Under the pieces are notes generated by a model. It searched no databases and had not been told where the DNA came from. It saw only the letters and a program-made list of their open reading frames with translations. A stretch of DNA of 64,000 nucleotides from Octopus vulgaris (Eukaryota): positions 54,870,001 to 54,934,000 of the forward strand of contig OX597826.1 in assembly GCA_951406725.2 (NCBI GenBank), given 5' to 3'. Positions 25,492-38,762 of the stretch are shown piece by piece. How positions within the stretch are numbered: position 1 is the first letter of the stretch; every line of letters begins with the position of its first letter. A program made the translations under genes and the position numbers.

Positions 25492-26682
25492 ATTGGAAAC
25501 CAAAATTAGAAACCACTATTTTTGCTACTGAGAATCGTTGTCTAAGTTTTTCTAGTCGAAACTATAATATGTCGGCGTGGAATTTGGCTGTTGCTGCTCG
25601 ATTAATTTCACGTGCTGTTATTTTTGTAGTTATTGAAATTGTTGTGCTTTATGTTAGCATGAATGATCTTAGGGATTTGGTATAAGACTAGAAAGGCAGC
25701 GTCCAAACCCTGCTTGCTTTCCTCATAATATCGATGTTTTATCACCATGTAACGATTTTAATTTCAAAAGGGCATCTACTTAGTACCTTAGGTTCACTTC
25801 TGGTTAGTGTAGCACAAATAGAAAAGAAGACAAGTTTAGACAATTGTCTTTATAAGACACAGTTAAAACAAACAAAACTATGAGTGATTCGGAGGTAACG
25901 AGCCTTACAGTTAGGAATGCTTTCAATATGGCTATTTTGATAGTCATTACCCTCACCGCTTCCTTAGATTTTATAACTAGCCGCTTTGTTTATTGCAAAT
26001 CAGTGACCAATGGTCGCTCTGGTTACAATATATTGCTGACTGCAGTGGACTCCGGTCATCTCTCTGGCGACCAGGTGTTCGCGACTGAAAAGGAGCTAAC
26101 TAGCTCAAAATTGAGTCAGTCTCATGATCCTGTCGTCTGCTGTAGGATGGTAGGGGTTCGCTACCCTACTAACAATATATATGTACAGGGGTGCAGGGCT
26201 GCACCGACAACCAGCTGGTGGGAGATTTGCCTGGGGTTAAACTGGTAGTAACATGAAATAGTCACTTTGATGTTGCATTTATATTTACTTATTTTGATTC
26301 TATTCAAGGCAAAATGTCTGAAACTTTGTTGGAGGGAGCTAGTCAATAACATCGTCCAAAGTGCTCAACTTTTACTTATTTTATCGATACCGACAAGATT
26401 AAAAAAGCAAAGTCGATACCACAGACGTCAGGTTTTGACTGCTAAGAAGGTATTAAAAGCATAGTTGAGCTGAGCGGGTTTTGAACTCAGAATATAAAGA
26501 AGCAGTTTAAAGACAGCCAGTCATTATTTTCAATGCTATAACGATTCTTCCAATCAACCAGCCTTTAATAAACAACAACAATAATAATACACACTCACAC
26601 ATAGGTGTATACATACATACATACATGCATACATACATACATAGACACACACACACATATATGTATATATATATATATATAT

Positions 26683-26742
<60 letters not shown>

Positions 26743-27103
26743 GATAAACAGATAAACAGATAGATTGATACATAGCTACAATAAACAAATAGATATATAT
26801 ATATATAGATAGATAGATAGATAGATAGATCATAGATACATACAAATGCAATTAAAAAGATTTATCTGAAAATGTATCGAAGTTCAATAAAAGTTTTTCT
26901 TAAAAAAATGAATTTAGAATTATATTTCAATAAATAAAATACGAAAACAGTTTTTATATATAATTTAATCAATTTTTTAAGTTCATTTTAATTGAATTTC
27001 TTATTACATTTGTGAATTCAATACCAATGTTTTTTTTCTTTTTCTTTTGCGTAATCTACCCGACTTCACTCCAGAGATAAAAGAAATTATTAAAAAAATG
27101 AAA

Positions 27104-27145
<42 letters not shown>

Positions 27146-27660
27146 CCATCGAAACTTTATCACACTAAAAATTCCAAAAATATAACAGAATATCAAAAAT
27201 AAGAAACAAATACAATTTAAAATGATAATAACAAAATAATTTTAAAAAAAAAAACAGAGACAAAAAATGCAAGAAATTTCTTGGACTCAAAATTGTCGTG
27301 TTTAATTTCAGTATGATTTTTTTTTTTTTTTTGCCTGAAACGCGCCCACTTGATCAAACATCAACGCTGAATTTTATTTATTAGCAATAAACTATGAGAT
27401 GTGGATAGTTGTTAAGTATATTTTGATCATTACTTATACGACTTTCTCCCCTCACAAATCATAACAAGATCAGACAGAATATATTGTCTCATCCAAGTTT
27501 TTATTCCATAGAATATTTGATATTCCGTTTGTTTTTCAGCAGTATTTCTTTCATTTCTTTCATCATTAATTTATTCAATTACGCTTTTGTTTTTGCTTTT
27601 TATTCATTTCCTTTTTGGCCACTAAACAACACCAATGATAATAAAAATAAAAATAGTAAC

Positions 27661-27731
<71 letters not shown>

Positions 27732-28032
27732 ATAATCATATAATCCAAAGCTCTTATATGCTGCAAATATCTTGCAGTCGCCATTGTTTTTCGCACGAAA
27801 TTTTTCTTCCCTCCATCATTTTATTATCAAGCGTTCTTCTTTGCCGTTTCATTCACAACATAAGCTATTTAGAGACACACGCTTCATGCGAGAGGTGCGT
27901 ATGCATGCATGCATGTATGTATTTATGTATGTATATATGTATATGTATGTATGCATGTATGTTTCTGTATGTATGCTTTTATACATCTATATATAAATAC
28001 AGATATATATATATTTATATATATATAAATAC

Positions 28033-28120
<88 letters not shown>

Positions 28121-28419
28121 TATACGCTTCCAAACACACACACACTAATATGCACATGCGTCCACACGGTTTCAATCAACATACATTGTCATCATAACGC
28201 GTGTATATATATATATATATATGCCCGTGCATATATGTGTATATATATACGTATGTACGTTGTCTGTGTGTTTACATAATGTCTCTATGCTGTTGCGACA
28301 AAGCACTCACGAGTCAGAAAACCTTCCTCAGCCTTCTCCTCGTCCGTCTCCTCCCCCCATGATCATAAACATCATGGCCAATCCCACCTTCACCGTCACT
28401 ATTCTCGTCGTCGTGGTCT

Positions 28420-28472
28420 CCATCATGATCATCATCTCATCATCATCATCACTATCATCATCGAATCTACTT

Positions 28473-28517
<45 letters not shown>

Positions 28518-28900
28518 TCACCACCACCACCTCCAGTACCTTCACCACCACCATCACCCTCACCACCATCACTACCACCACCACCACCATCACCACTCAC
28601 CATCACCACCCACCATCACCACCCACCACCACCACCACTACCAAGACCACCCACCACCACTACCACCACCACCACCACCACCTACCACGACTACCATCCA
28701 AAACTACGACCTTACTTTCTACTGACGCTGTTGAAATGGACTTTTTCCCTCTTCACTTTCCATTACAAATCTGTATTAGCGTTGAATATGAATATAGTGA
28801 TAAAGGAATGATAATTATATTATCGCCGTAGCAGCAGTAGCAGTGGCAGTAGTAGTAGTAGTTGTAGTAGTAGTAGTAGTAGCAGTAGTAGCTGTTGTTG
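28420..28900. repeat. Compound triplet-repeat / low-complexity tract ((TCA)n, (CTA)n, (CCA)n, (GTA)n)
   Basis: Direct reading. Confidence 0.9.
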
Positions 28901-29082
28901 TTGATGCTCATCATAGGCGGATTGTCACGTCCACTCACACCAGAAAGTGCCACCACCAAGTAAACACTGGAATCATCTCACACCGTTACCGTTGTCCCTA
29001 TCTTCTTCTAGCACCACTAGTCTATCACTTTCATATGCATCATTATGCTACTCTACCAACCCCAATAATAATAATAATAATG

Positions 29083-29129
<47 letters not shown>

Positions 29130-29133
<4 letters not shown>

Positions 29134-29687
29134 GCCCTGATGCAGTACCAGGCAGTGGCTCTCATGGCTTCTGATCTTAACTGATTGGAAGTGTTATCAT
29201 GTACATTGTTTTGTCTTGGTATAAAAGATGGGCTACAGCAAATATTCTGCTCAATACCACAGATTTGCTTGTCAGTTGTTTGACCTTAACAAGTTGAGCA
29301 TGTCCCTTACTGGCTGACGATATGTGCATCTCTGATCACGAGCAGAAGTAGTGGGGGAGCATCATAGCCATGTGTTGAGAGGGATTCTTTGGGGTTTGAA
29401 TAATTCACCTCTGGAAACATGGGTATTTCGTTCAACGTCCTTAAACAACCCTTATTCAGGGACCTTTTGAGCGGGATGGGTTACTCGAACTGAAGAAAAT
29501 TCTAACTGGGCTCCACCTGCAAGGTCATGTGCTGTTTATCTTGATATAAGATCGCCATGTCGCGCACATATGGTTGTGATGCATGTGCCTGGTGTACCCT
29601 TATCAGACGGGTAGTCATGATGGGCATACTGGGCTTCGTATATTTTACCCCAGTGTCACTTTGATGGCATGCTCTGCTCGCTCACTC

Positions 29688-29690
<3 letters not shown>
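29130..29690 (+). mobile_element. ~560-bp repeat (family C) flanked on both sides by (TAA)n
   Basis: Starts AATGCCCTGATGCAGTACCAGGC, ends GGCATGCTCTGCTCGCTCACTC-AATAAT. Second copy inverted at 53552-54110 with the same ends. Confidence 0.85.
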
Positions 29691-29740
<50 letters not shown>

Positions 29741-29781
29741 TAATAATAATAATAATAATGACAATAATAATAATAATATTG

Positions 29782-29838
<57 letters not shown>

Positions 29839-30004
29839 GGCGCAGGAGTGGCTGTGTGGTAAGTAGCTTGCTTATCAGCCACATGGTTCCTGGTTCAGTC
29901 CCACTGCGTGGCACCTTGGGCAAGTTTCTTCTGCTATAGCCTCGGGCCGACCAAAGCCTTGTGAGTGGATTTGGTAGACGGAAACTGAAAGAAGCCCGTC
30001 GTAT
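29839..30004 (+). mobile_element. SINE family A head
   Basis: GGCGCAGGAGTGGCTGTGTGG..GAAAGAAGCCCGTCG. Confidence 0.9.
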
Positions 30005-30225
30005 ATGTATATATACAAAATGGCTGACGGTTAGTAAGGAGAGACACAAGTAAGTGAGATTAAGATTAATGTAAAAAATAAATATCACTGAAGCAAAATA
30101 ACACCAAATATATAGTGCGTGTGTTTTTATTGGCTAAACTGGCAATATGACCATTCCGAAATATAACAATATCTGTTTCAACACACGACTTCACATAAAA
30201 AATCTTGCACAACAAATATTTAAAC

Positions 30226-30281
<56 letters not shown>

Positions 30282-30913
30282 ATATATATATATATGTATA
30301 TATGAAAGAAGGTTTGAAAACGCAATTTTAAATGATGTTTATTCACTTGACCGGTTTCACTTTTTTTAGAAAATGATTGTCAAAAGTAACATGTAAAAGC
30401 ATAGTTGTGTTAGGTACTGGTTGTCACAAAATATTAAAATACATATATACATTCTTTGATAATAATAAGAACATGTTAAAAACAGTTTACAAGGAGAAAT
30501 CTTAGGAAAATAGGAAAAATAGGAAAAAATTGCAATACATGTATACATTCTTTGATAATACTAATAAGAAGAAAATGTTAAAAACAGTTTAAAGAAAAAA
30601 TTTTTTGAGAAATTATTAGCAAGTCCAGATTCTAGACACCGAATCTTCATATTCATACCATCTAGGAACGCAACATCCTCAAAGAGATAAAATGTTGGAA
30701 ATCCTACCTAGGAAATTCCGACCTCGTCTGATCACCGTCCAGGAAAACTGTATATATCGCAGCCCCATTATGATCTGTGGTGCCTTTGTTGTAGTAGCTG
30801 ATGCTACTGCTGCTGCTGTTGTTGTTCTTGTGATTTGGTGTTTGATATTTTTTTTAGTCTTCTATTTTACTTTATATAAACGCAAATCTGATATGGTCAG
30901 TAACTGTAAATAT

Positions 30914-31298
30914 ATAGGAGCACTCCGTCGGTTACGACGATGAGGGTCCTAGCTGATACGATCAACGGAACAGCTTGCTCGTGGAATTAACGTGCAAGTG
31001 GCTGAGCATTCCACAGACACGTGTACCCTTAACGTAGTTCTCGAGGAGATTCAGCGTGACACAGAGTGTGACAAGGCCAGCCCTTTGAAATACAGGTACA
31101 CCAGAAACAGGAAGAAAGAGTGAGAGAAAGTTGTGTTGAAATAGTACAGCAGGGTTCACCCCCCCCCCTGCTGGAGCCTTGTGAAGCTTTAGGTGTTTTC
31201 GCTCAATAAACATTCACAATGCCCGGTCTGGGAATCGAAACCGCGATCCTACGACCGCGAGTCCGCTGCCCTAACCACTAGGCCATTGCGCCTCCACT
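30914..31298 (-). mobile_element. SINE family D, full length, with 15-bp target-site duplication
   Basis: Minus-strand tRNA head GTGGAGGCGCAATGGCCTAGTGGTTAGG..GGTTTCGATTCCC. TSD AGTAACTGTAAATAT at 30899-30913 and 31299-31313. Confidence 0.92.
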
Positions 31299-31724
31299 AG
31301 TAACTGTAAATATGCGGCAGTTGAAACTTGTCCCTTCGGCCAATACACACATCTAGATGTTGATTACTTCCGGCATCTTTTTGAGCATTTGTTGATCTTT
31401 TCAGATCAAGTGTTCAATCCCTGTTCACGCTCAGCTCTTGAGGCATAGTTAATACTCTACCAAGATTTTCATATTATCTTCATGTTACCACTTGAGGATT
31501 ATTTGAGTCTGTGCATCCACCAAAATTACCATCACAACTAACTAACTAACCCAGAAACGATGAAACGAGGTAGAAATCCTTTCTTTTTAAAGTGGGGGAG
31601 TCGGAGCAGAGTGGATCTTCGCCACACGATCAAAGAGGAGACTGACGTCCATCGTTCTATAAGTCCCTCAAAGGACGAAGATTTTGTTGCCATTGTTTTT
31701 ACTGCTGTTTCCCACATGTAACCA

Positions 31725-31933
31725 ATAGCAACAACAGCAACATCATCATCATGATCATCATCACCAGCATCATTATCACGATCATCATGATAATCCTCGT
31801 CGTCGTTGTTGTCATCGTTATCACCGCTGTCTTCATCACCGTTTCTCATCATCATCATCGTCATCCTCCTCCTAATCCTCCTCCTCCTCCTCCTCATCAT
31901 CATCATCATCATCATCATCATTATCATCATCAA

Positions 31934-31983
<50 letters not shown>

Positions 31984-32279
31984 ACATCATCATCATCATC
32001 ATCATCATCGTCGTCGTCGTCGTCGTCATCGTCATCATCATCATCATCAACATCAGCAACAACATGAACAAGCGTACCAGTCTCATCACCACCACCCTCA
32101 CTACCACCCCCCACCACCACCACCATGGAAACCACCGTCATCGTCCTCGTAGTCACTGCCGTTGTCGTCATGGTCGTCGTTAGTAGCCACAACAACGACA
32201 TATTCGTCAACAAATCCATCACATTCTCCATTTCAACCCTCCTCCTCCTCCTCCTCCTACTCGTCCTCCTCATTGTCCG

Positions 32280-32317
<38 letters not shown>

Positions 32318-32320
32318 ATA
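31725..32320. repeat. Compound (CAT)n/(CGT)n/(CCT)n/(CAC)n tract
   Basis: Direct reading. Confidence 0.9.
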
Positions 32321-32778
32321 CTTACCTTTATCTCCTACGCATCGTTTTTCTCTTACCCTCTCATCCCTCTCCTCCTATCACCTCCTCTCACCTCCCACTC
32401 CTCCTACTAACTCGTCAGCGAAGATATCTAAGATCTAATGGATAGCTGGTTTCTCCGACGGTGGCTCTGCTTCCACCCTTATCAGCACCAATAGTCCTGG
32501 AAATATATGTGTGTGTATGTGTGTGTGTTTGTATGTGATGCGGTGAAAGTGAGAGGGGATTCAGAGAAGCGTAGTGGGCATAGAAGAGAGGGGGAAGAAA
32601 GAGAAAGAGAAAGAGCAAGAAAACTCAATGAGAAGTGGGAGGAACAGGGGAAGGTAGTGGTGAATGGGGGATGTAATGAAGGGGGCGGAGAGGTGTGGGA
32701 GATAAAAGAATAACATTTGAACGCTCGAAACACTGACACCCACATACGAAAACATCTATACACCTACATGTGTGCGTG

Positions 32779-32810
<32 letters not shown>

Positions 32811-32831
32811 GATGTATATATATACACACAC

Positions 32832-32887
<56 letters not shown>

Positions 32888-32913
32888 GCACACATATATA
32901 GGTGTATACGTGT

Positions 32914-32963
<50 letters not shown>

Positions 32964-33884
32964 ATATATATAATTGTATACTTGTGTATATATATATACA
33001 CACATGCACACATACATATATGAATATTTACACATTTACAATTAAAGATGTTATGAAAATATTTATTTACATACATCTCTCTCTCTCTCTTTCTCTGTCT
33101 GTCTGTCTGCCTGTTTGTCTGTCTGTCTCTCTCTATATATATATACACGCATACATACATATATACCCATGCACATATATACTCATATGTAGATAGTCAC
33201 CAAGTGTCCGTGTGTTGGCGCCTTGTCTGTATGTATACACTCAAACACTAATCTATCCTACATACAGATATACACACACGCACACACACACACACACATG
33301 TAAACCTAGATATAGTGTTATATATATGTGTGTGTTTTACATATATATATATATATACATACAAGCCAAAAGACATTATACATATAAATCTATGTTACTG
33401 CTAGTGTTATAACAAGTGATGTTACCCACTTAATGAAATAGAGGAAATAAATAAAAAAGCCATTATTTTCATGTGAAGAAATATTAAGCAATGAAATTCT
33501 ATGAAGGATATAAAATACAATAAAATAAAATATATGTCGAAGAGCGATAGACATTCCAGTAAGTTCTGAAAATGATATACGTTGACATATTTCTCTGGTT
33601 GTTGTGAATATGACGTGTGAAAGGGTTTACCAAGTATTTCAGACAGTAATTGCTTCTTTCTCTGTTGGTTCTTCGGCTTAACACTATCGCTTCATTTCCC
33701 TTGGGGCTGTCTTCAGCGGAGTCATTTCTCTTGTAAGACTTCGGGTTATGGTTTTGGTGTGAGAGCATTTTACTTTCTGCCAGCCATCAACGTTAGATTT
33801 TTGTGTAAAGGATAGCTAAGTCGTTGCCTTATCGCCTTTGAATAGGTTACAGCAATAAATAAATGAACAGGTAAGTGATATTGC

Positions 33885-34440
33885 TCTCAACTTTTGGCAC
33901 AATGCCAGCAACTTTAGTTCAGGGGGTAAGTTGATTAAAACGACTCCAGTATGCACCTGGCTGCTTATTTTATCAATATCGAAAGGATGGAAGGCAAAGT
34001 CGACCACTGCGGAATTTGAACGCAGAACGTAGCGGCAGACGAAATACCTATTTCTATTTCTTTACTATCCACAAGGGGATAAACACACAGTGGACAAACA
34101 AGGACAGACAAACGGATTAAGTCGATTATATCGACCCCGAAAGGATGAAAGGCAAAGTCGACCACGGCAGTATTTGAACTCAGAACGTAACGGCAGACGA
34201 AATACTGCTGAGCATTTCGGCTGGAGTGAAATAAATAAAATAATAATGGTTTCCAATTTTTGCTCAATGCCATAAATTTAGGGCGAGGCGTAAGTCGATT
34301 ACAACGACCCCAGTCCGCGATTGGTGGCTTATTTTATCGACTCTGAAAGGACGAAAGGCAAAGTCGAACACGGCGGTATTTGAACTCAGAACATAAAGAC
34401 GGACGGACAAAATGACGCTAAGCGTTTTGCCCAGCGTGAA
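33885..34440 (-). mobile_element. SINE family B, tandem trimer
   Basis: Three units of GAAAGGA..AAGGCAAAGTCGA..TTTGAAC near 33981, 34139 and 34345. Confidence 0.8.
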
Positions 34441-34644
34441 ATAAATAGTATTAATCTCTCATGCGAGAACGTAAACAAACCAACACCGGTTGTCAAGCTA
34501 GCCCAAATAATTGTTATAGAATAGACTCCGTTAAAGGCACTTGAGGTAGTAGGTAGTGCAGTTAAGGGGGGGTGACGGATTAAGTCTAATACCGAAGGAG
34601 GCTACGGTAGTATTGGAATTCAGAGCGCAAAGAAGCAAGAACAA

Positions 34645-34677
<33 letters not shown>

Positions 34678-35559
34678 CTAGTCTGGTAAAAAGGGAATGG
34701 TACGGTCGATAATGCCCAGATTTAAAATTGGAAACTACGAAATCAACTGTATCTTCGACTGTTTGATATTGATTTCAAATTGTGGCATAAGGTTAGCAAG
34801 CCCAAGTATAAGGGCGAGTCGATTTCATCGATCCCGGTACTCATTTAGCACTTACTTTGTCGACCCCTGAGCACTGAGGTCGTTGTAACCGACTTAGACC
34901 CTTCCTCCGGAATTGCTGGCTTTGTGTCAGAATTTGAAGCCAATAAATATATTACGTAGCCCTTATTGGAATCCTCTACCTGATGGATTACTGTTAAGAT
35001 GGCCCTTATTGTTTGTTCTATTCTGCTTCTTTTCGTGTTTTCTAAGCCAGTGGGGTTTGATATGACAAATTTGCATTCCCTGTGGTTTGAACGTAGATCT
35101 AAAAATGGCGGCTTTTCTTTTTATATCGAATCTTAAAAAACTGAAAATACAAAGTCATGTTAGTTTGGATTATTTTAACTTAAAATTTAGAGTTGCGCAA
35201 TTACGTACCTGGACGCATTTAGTCCGGCATTTTATCAATTCAATCCCTTTTATTCATCGTTCCTGTTGTGACATATTGTTTTCTATCGTTGATGTAACGA
35301 AATATATTGAATGTTGTTGTTGTTGTTTAGTTACAGGTAAACACTGACTAAACAGAACCTCAATCAAAAGCGTTCTAGTACTGACTATCCCCCATTTTAT
35401 TCCCCATACGCATTGTCCAATATGTCTTTTTTCTAAAAGCGAAGACGGTGATGATCAGAAGAAAATTGACTGTTATTAATTGCAGAGTGATCAATCCTAA
35501 AGAGTTGTGTTCACGGCAATAATGCACTATTCAACAGTTTCCAAAATCTCCAGCCAACC

Positions 35560-35848
35560 AAATGAATGAACATGGGATTGCACCTACAAGGTTCCCCTTC
35601 AAGGCACAAGTCGGAAAACGTTATTTTGGGGGAATGCCAGCAATCGTCCAGGCCTCTTCCCCTCTTCACGCCACTGGTGTTATCCAAGGGAAAAGCAAAG
35701 GACGATACATTTCCACAGCCGAGTGAACCCGGAGCATCGTGAAATAAAGTGTCTTGTTGAAGAACACAACATACAGCCCAGTCCAGGAATCGAACTCACT
35801 ATGTCATGATTGTGAGTCCAAAGCCCTAACCACTGAGCCATGCATCTT
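35560..35848 (-). mobile_element. SINE family E
   Basis: CGTGAAATAAAGTGTCTTG..GGAATCGAACTC..CCCTAACCACTGAGCCATGC is a reverse-complement tRNA-like head. Confidence 0.75.
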
Positions 35849-36692
35849 CATGTGATGGAATAACACTTTCTATTTCAGACCAGGACATTTTTGTTCCCGA
35901 AAGGGGTTGCCGTCCTATCTCTTTACCGTTTTCTGCTGATACTACAGTAACTCCCGTTTTTAACAACTGGCTGGTATCGGTTCCTCTTCACCAACACACT
36001 TCCGACTCTATTACTCCCTCCTTGACTTGCCATTATTATTGTATCCACTCTGGTCAGTCATTAGTCTCTCTATCATAGAACGCAATTTTCCACTCCTTTG
36101 TAGAATTTATCCTCCACACACAGTTATTCATCAACTATCGACATAAAACTGCTCAAGAGGGACCTAATGTGAATGGATCTCACTCATCTGGAAGGGACAC
36201 CACCAAGGACATAAACCTCCTTGTTCTTGACCAAATCAAAATGAAAGAAAAAGAACAAACCAAAGCAGCATAAATTGAACACCTATACTTTGTTATCATT
36301 TATTATTTCATATATTCCAAAGTGACGACAAAATTCTTTCGTTGATTTTTGTTTGTATTTTTTCTACTTAGTTCCAAGTCAGATCTGATCAAGTACGCTT
36401 AATATTTCGAAGTATTCCAGCACCTAAACAGCCTCATCTTATTTTCACAGAATATAACCTAACACTACTATTTCATCCAATGTGTACTTGCTTATTTTTT
36501 ACTTGATAAAAATGATCGGTGGATGTTTGGCTGCTATTTCGAGCAGCTTCATTATCCACTTGAAGGTCCTCTTGAATCGAGCTATAATATATATCTGGTT
36601 CTTGATTTTTTTCGATTCTCAGTAGATGACAATGCAGGATCCACCTTCATTGTGGAGTTTGATTTCAGGCTATAAATGATTATACGCCATAT

Positions 36693-37084
36693 AGGCGTAG
36701 GAGGGGCTGTGTGGTAAGTAGCTTGCTTACCAACCACATGGTTCCGTGTTCAGTCCTACTGTGTGGCACCTTGGGCAAGTGTTTTCTACTATAGCCTCGG
36801 ACCGACCAAAGCCTTGTGAGTGGATTTGGAATAGGGAAACTGAAAGAAGCCCGTTGTATATATGTATATATATGTGTGTCTGTGTTTGTACCCCCAACAT
36901 CTCTTGACAACCGATGCTGGTGTGTTTATCTCCCTGTAACTTAGCGGCTCGGCCAAAGAGACCGATAGAATTAGTACTAGGCTTACAAAGAATAAGTCCT
37001 GGGGTCGATTTGCTCAACTAATGGCGGTGCTCCAGCATGGTCACAGTCAAATGACTGAAACAAGTAAAAGAGAGAGTAAAAGAG
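36693..37084 (+). mobile_element. SINE family A, full length
   Basis: Head to tail match with other family A copies. Confidence 0.92.
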
Positions 37085-37149
37085 TATAATTAAGTACTGC
37101 AGGTATATTTTAGACTGGAATTTTAAAATTTAATCATTTGTGCCATTCT

Positions 37150-37452
37150 ATGTGTCTCACCTTGAGAAAATGGATCGGCATTCATTACTTTTACCACTCC
37201 AGCATGCTATTCTTGAGAAAATAGTCTACAAGTCTTCATCTAAGCCATGTTTTCCATTCTAAGAATCCCATCTTGAACAAATAGACCGGCATTTTGCCAT
37301 TTCCCTCACTGAAGCAATCTATTTTTGAGAAAATAGACCAATATTCTACCACTAAAACATTTTTTTTTTCCATACTAAGAATCTCATCTCAAAGAAATAG
37401 ATTGGCATTTTACCATTTCTGTCACTGTAGCAATCTATTCTTGAGAAAATAA
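37150..37452. repeat. Diverged minisatellite with dimeric (A/B) higher-order structure
   Basis: TTGAGAAAATAG-like anchor at ~37161, 37212, 37273, 37324, 37389 and 37440, alternating ~51 and ~61-65 bp. Confidence 0.75.
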
Positions 37453-38343
37453 TATTACCAAGAATTTCTCTCCCCCAAAATGACTCAGAGATGTGTAATT
37501 TCGTCCTTAATTGATAGCAGGAATTTTACTTGGTATCTCTGGAAAGATATGTTGTAGTTAACTAATGAACAAGCGCCATTGCCTTCGTCTTCACCACCTT
37601 AACGCGTAACATAGACTCGATGATGTTCTTAACCGATGCCATGTCACAAACAATTTCGGTTACATATCAAAATGTCGGCTAATTTATCTTAATGGGGTTA
37701 GAGGGAAAATTAGAATTTTCTTCTGAAAGGAGCGAAAAGGAAAAAAAAAAAGTAAATAAATAAATAAGGCAAGTATAAATAAATAATAAGAACTGTTAAA
37801 TGATATGAGAAAATGGACTTTTCTAACAGGCAAATTGTAGCTTATTTACATTTCCTTCCCATCACCGTTGCTGATTTGTTGTTGTTGCTGCTGTTGCTGT
37901 TGGTGGCTATTGCTGGTTGTTGTTGCCGTTGTTTATCAGTTTCGGCGCCTGAGGCTGTGTCTATGATGTGCCAGACAACCATGTCGAACTAAATATCAAC
38001 ACTAACTGCTGCTAAAACCAAACTGAATTTATTTAGACCCACCCAAACATTAATACATTAATAATAGATCTTCCCCTACAGCAAATTTAAGCTTTCTATT
38101 GCTTGGAAGTTTAGCCTCTTCGTGGTTTGGATTATTGCGTTGAGCCAATGAGAGAACGTCCTTTCGGTTGCATGTCCCGCTAGAAATAACAGCCAAATCT
38201 GAAATCAACTCGAATCACATACTACGATTTTTAAAAGGGAGATATATAGCTCTGCCAAAACACAAAAACAAAAACAAAACAAAAGACTGGTGGTCATAAG
38301 TAAAACATTTTGTTCATAGGTCTTGATAAGTCTCAACTGTTAA

Positions 38344-38762
38344 AAGGTGGCGAGCTGGCAGAAACGTTAGCACGCTGGGCGAAATGCTTAGTGGTATTTC
38401 GCCTGCCGTTACATTCTGAGTTCGAATTCCGCCGAGGTCGACTTTGCCTTTCATCCTTTTGGGGTCGATAAATTAAGTACCAGTTACGCACTGGGATCGA
38501 TCTAATCGACTTAATCCCTTTGTCTTTCCTTGTTTGTCCCCTCTGTGTTTAGCCCCTTGTGGGTAGTAAAGAAATAGGTATTTCGTCTGCCGTTACGTTC
38601 TGAGTTCAAATTCTGTCGAAGACGACTTTGCCTTTCATCCTTTCGGAGTCGATAAATTAAGTACCAGTTACGCACTGGGATCGATCTAATCGGCTTAATC
38701 CATTTGTCTGTCCTTGTTTGTCCCCCTCTATTTTAGCCCCTTGTGGGCAATAAAGAAATAAG
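38344..38762 (+). mobile_element. SINE family B, tandem dimer, young
   Basis: Full head AAGGTGGCGAGCTGGCAGAAACGTTAGCACG; body repeated from ~38577. Confidence 0.9.

Noticed and set aside
25880-26248. 122-aa ATG ORF in unique sequence
   Set aside because: No domain, splice context or codon signal recognised.
28221-28811. Pro/His/Thr-rich ORF resembling an extensin or formin-like protein
   Set aside because: Built from triplet microsatellites; the same type of tract occurs at 31725 and 63630.
30345-30365. GAAACCGGTC (minus strand), a hammerhead 3'-half-like word; a similar degenerate motif lies at ~42820-42860
   Set aside because: No matching CTGANGA core found in the expected position.
30914-31298. 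tRNA-like sequence
   Set aside because: It is the head of a SINE with body, tail and TSD, not a tRNA gene.
35880-36110. Possible RTE-type LINE C-terminal remnant on the minus strand
   Set aside because: Only a KEIGRQP-like word; insufficient evidence.
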